Source of the DNA: a plasmid
Strand: one strand, 5' to 3'
Sequence record: NZ_CP025192.1
Length of the DNA: 64,000 nt
Part shown: one piece after another, positions 63,701 to 64,000 of the stretch
How the letters are laid out: each line of letters starts with the position of its first letter
Position numbering within the stretch: position 1 is the stretch's first letter
The notes under the pieces: generated by a model
Told to the model about the DNA's origin: nothing
Seen by the model: the letters and a program-made list of their open reading frames with translations, nothing else
The model's database searches: none
Made by a program: the position numbers and the translations under genes

Positions 63701-64000
63701 ATGAAGATCGAGCTTCGCAACGTCGCCTACAGCACGGCCCTGAGCGAGGAGACCAGCAACTTTCACGCCGATATCTGGATCGACGGAAAAAAGGAAGGGT
63801 ACGCGCAGAACCACGGGACCGGCGGGGCTACGACCGTGCGGCCCGACGCCCTGCGGCTGCGCCTCGACGAGTACGGAAGAACGCTGCCGCCGGTGGATGT
63901 CGGCACGCCGACGGGCGACGCACCGCGCATGATCGTCCAGGATGCCGAGTGGATCGTCGATCAACTGCTGACCGACTGGATCGTGCGCCGCGACCTGAAG
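63701..64000 (+). CDS. Hypothetical protein, 3'-partial (runs off the window end)
   Basis: ATG 63701 preceded by AGGACA. MKIELRNVAYSTALSEETSNFHADIWIDGKKEGY... shows no stop within the window. It is absent from the ORF table for that reason. Confidence 0.35.
   Translation, partial: MKIELRNVAYSTALSEETSNFHADIWIDGKKEGYAQNHGTGGATTVRPDALRLRLDEYGRTLPPVDVGTPTGDAPRMIVQDAEWIVDQLLTDWIVRRDLK

Noticed and set aside
1-64000. tRNA, rRNA and CRISPR search
   Set aside because: No GGTTCGA(A/G)TCC-type T-loop contexts, no rRNA-like conserved stretches, and no regularly spaced direct repeats with unique spacers were seen. The only regular repeats are the oriV iterons and the leader-repeat family.

Overview
High-GC (about 68-70%) alphaproteobacterial-type DNA, almost entirely accessory, that looks like part of a conjugative plasmid or ICE carrying a defence island. 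(1) Bases 131-17,800: a tyrosine integrase, a convergent GmrSD-like (DUF262/DUF1524) type IV restriction gene, and a complete seven-gene BREX type 3 operon on the minus strand (brxF-brxC-[extra gene]-pglXI-brxHII-pglZ-brxA), with start/stop overlaps at every junction. The extra gene encodes an AlbA_2/Schlafen + HATPase_c_4 protein inserted between brxC and pglX. A Phd/YefM-like antitoxin gene sits immediately upstream of brxF. (2) 18.2-21.4 kb: a parA / RHH-parG / iteron oriV / repA (RPA family) replicon module flanked by recurring GCTAGCA motifs. (3) 21.4-26.7 kb: a frameshifted kinase-like gene, a low-GC membrane-anchored DUF559 endonuclease-like gene, a standalone HNH protein, and a Calx-beta/RTX/DUF4214 secreted protein. 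(4) 26.8-30.8 kb: a Tn554-like cassette of two tandem tyrosine recombinases plus an excisionase-like HTH gene. (5) 32-38 kb: an XRE regulator, an AbrB-type antitoxin + Doc toxin pair, and a second parA-parG-repA module whose repA is frameshifted and 3'-truncated by an IS6-family insertion (perfect 17-bp inverted repeats). (6) 38.8-63 kb: a conjugative-element backbone and anti-restriction block (DUF3991/Toprim, UvrD-like helicase, GHKL ATPase, ArdC, IbrA-like PAPS reductase, 1693-aa N6-MTase-SNF2 helicase fusion, ParB-like nuclease, C5 cytosine methyltransferase with five tandem VADPR repeats in its variable region). Eight copies of a ~110-140 bp structured repeat (GCAAGGG...CCCTTGC stem) sit as 5' leaders immediately upstream of eight of these genes. 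No tRNA, rRNA or CRISPR array was found. Coordinates I derived by hand (alternative starts, repeats) may be off by 1-2 bases.
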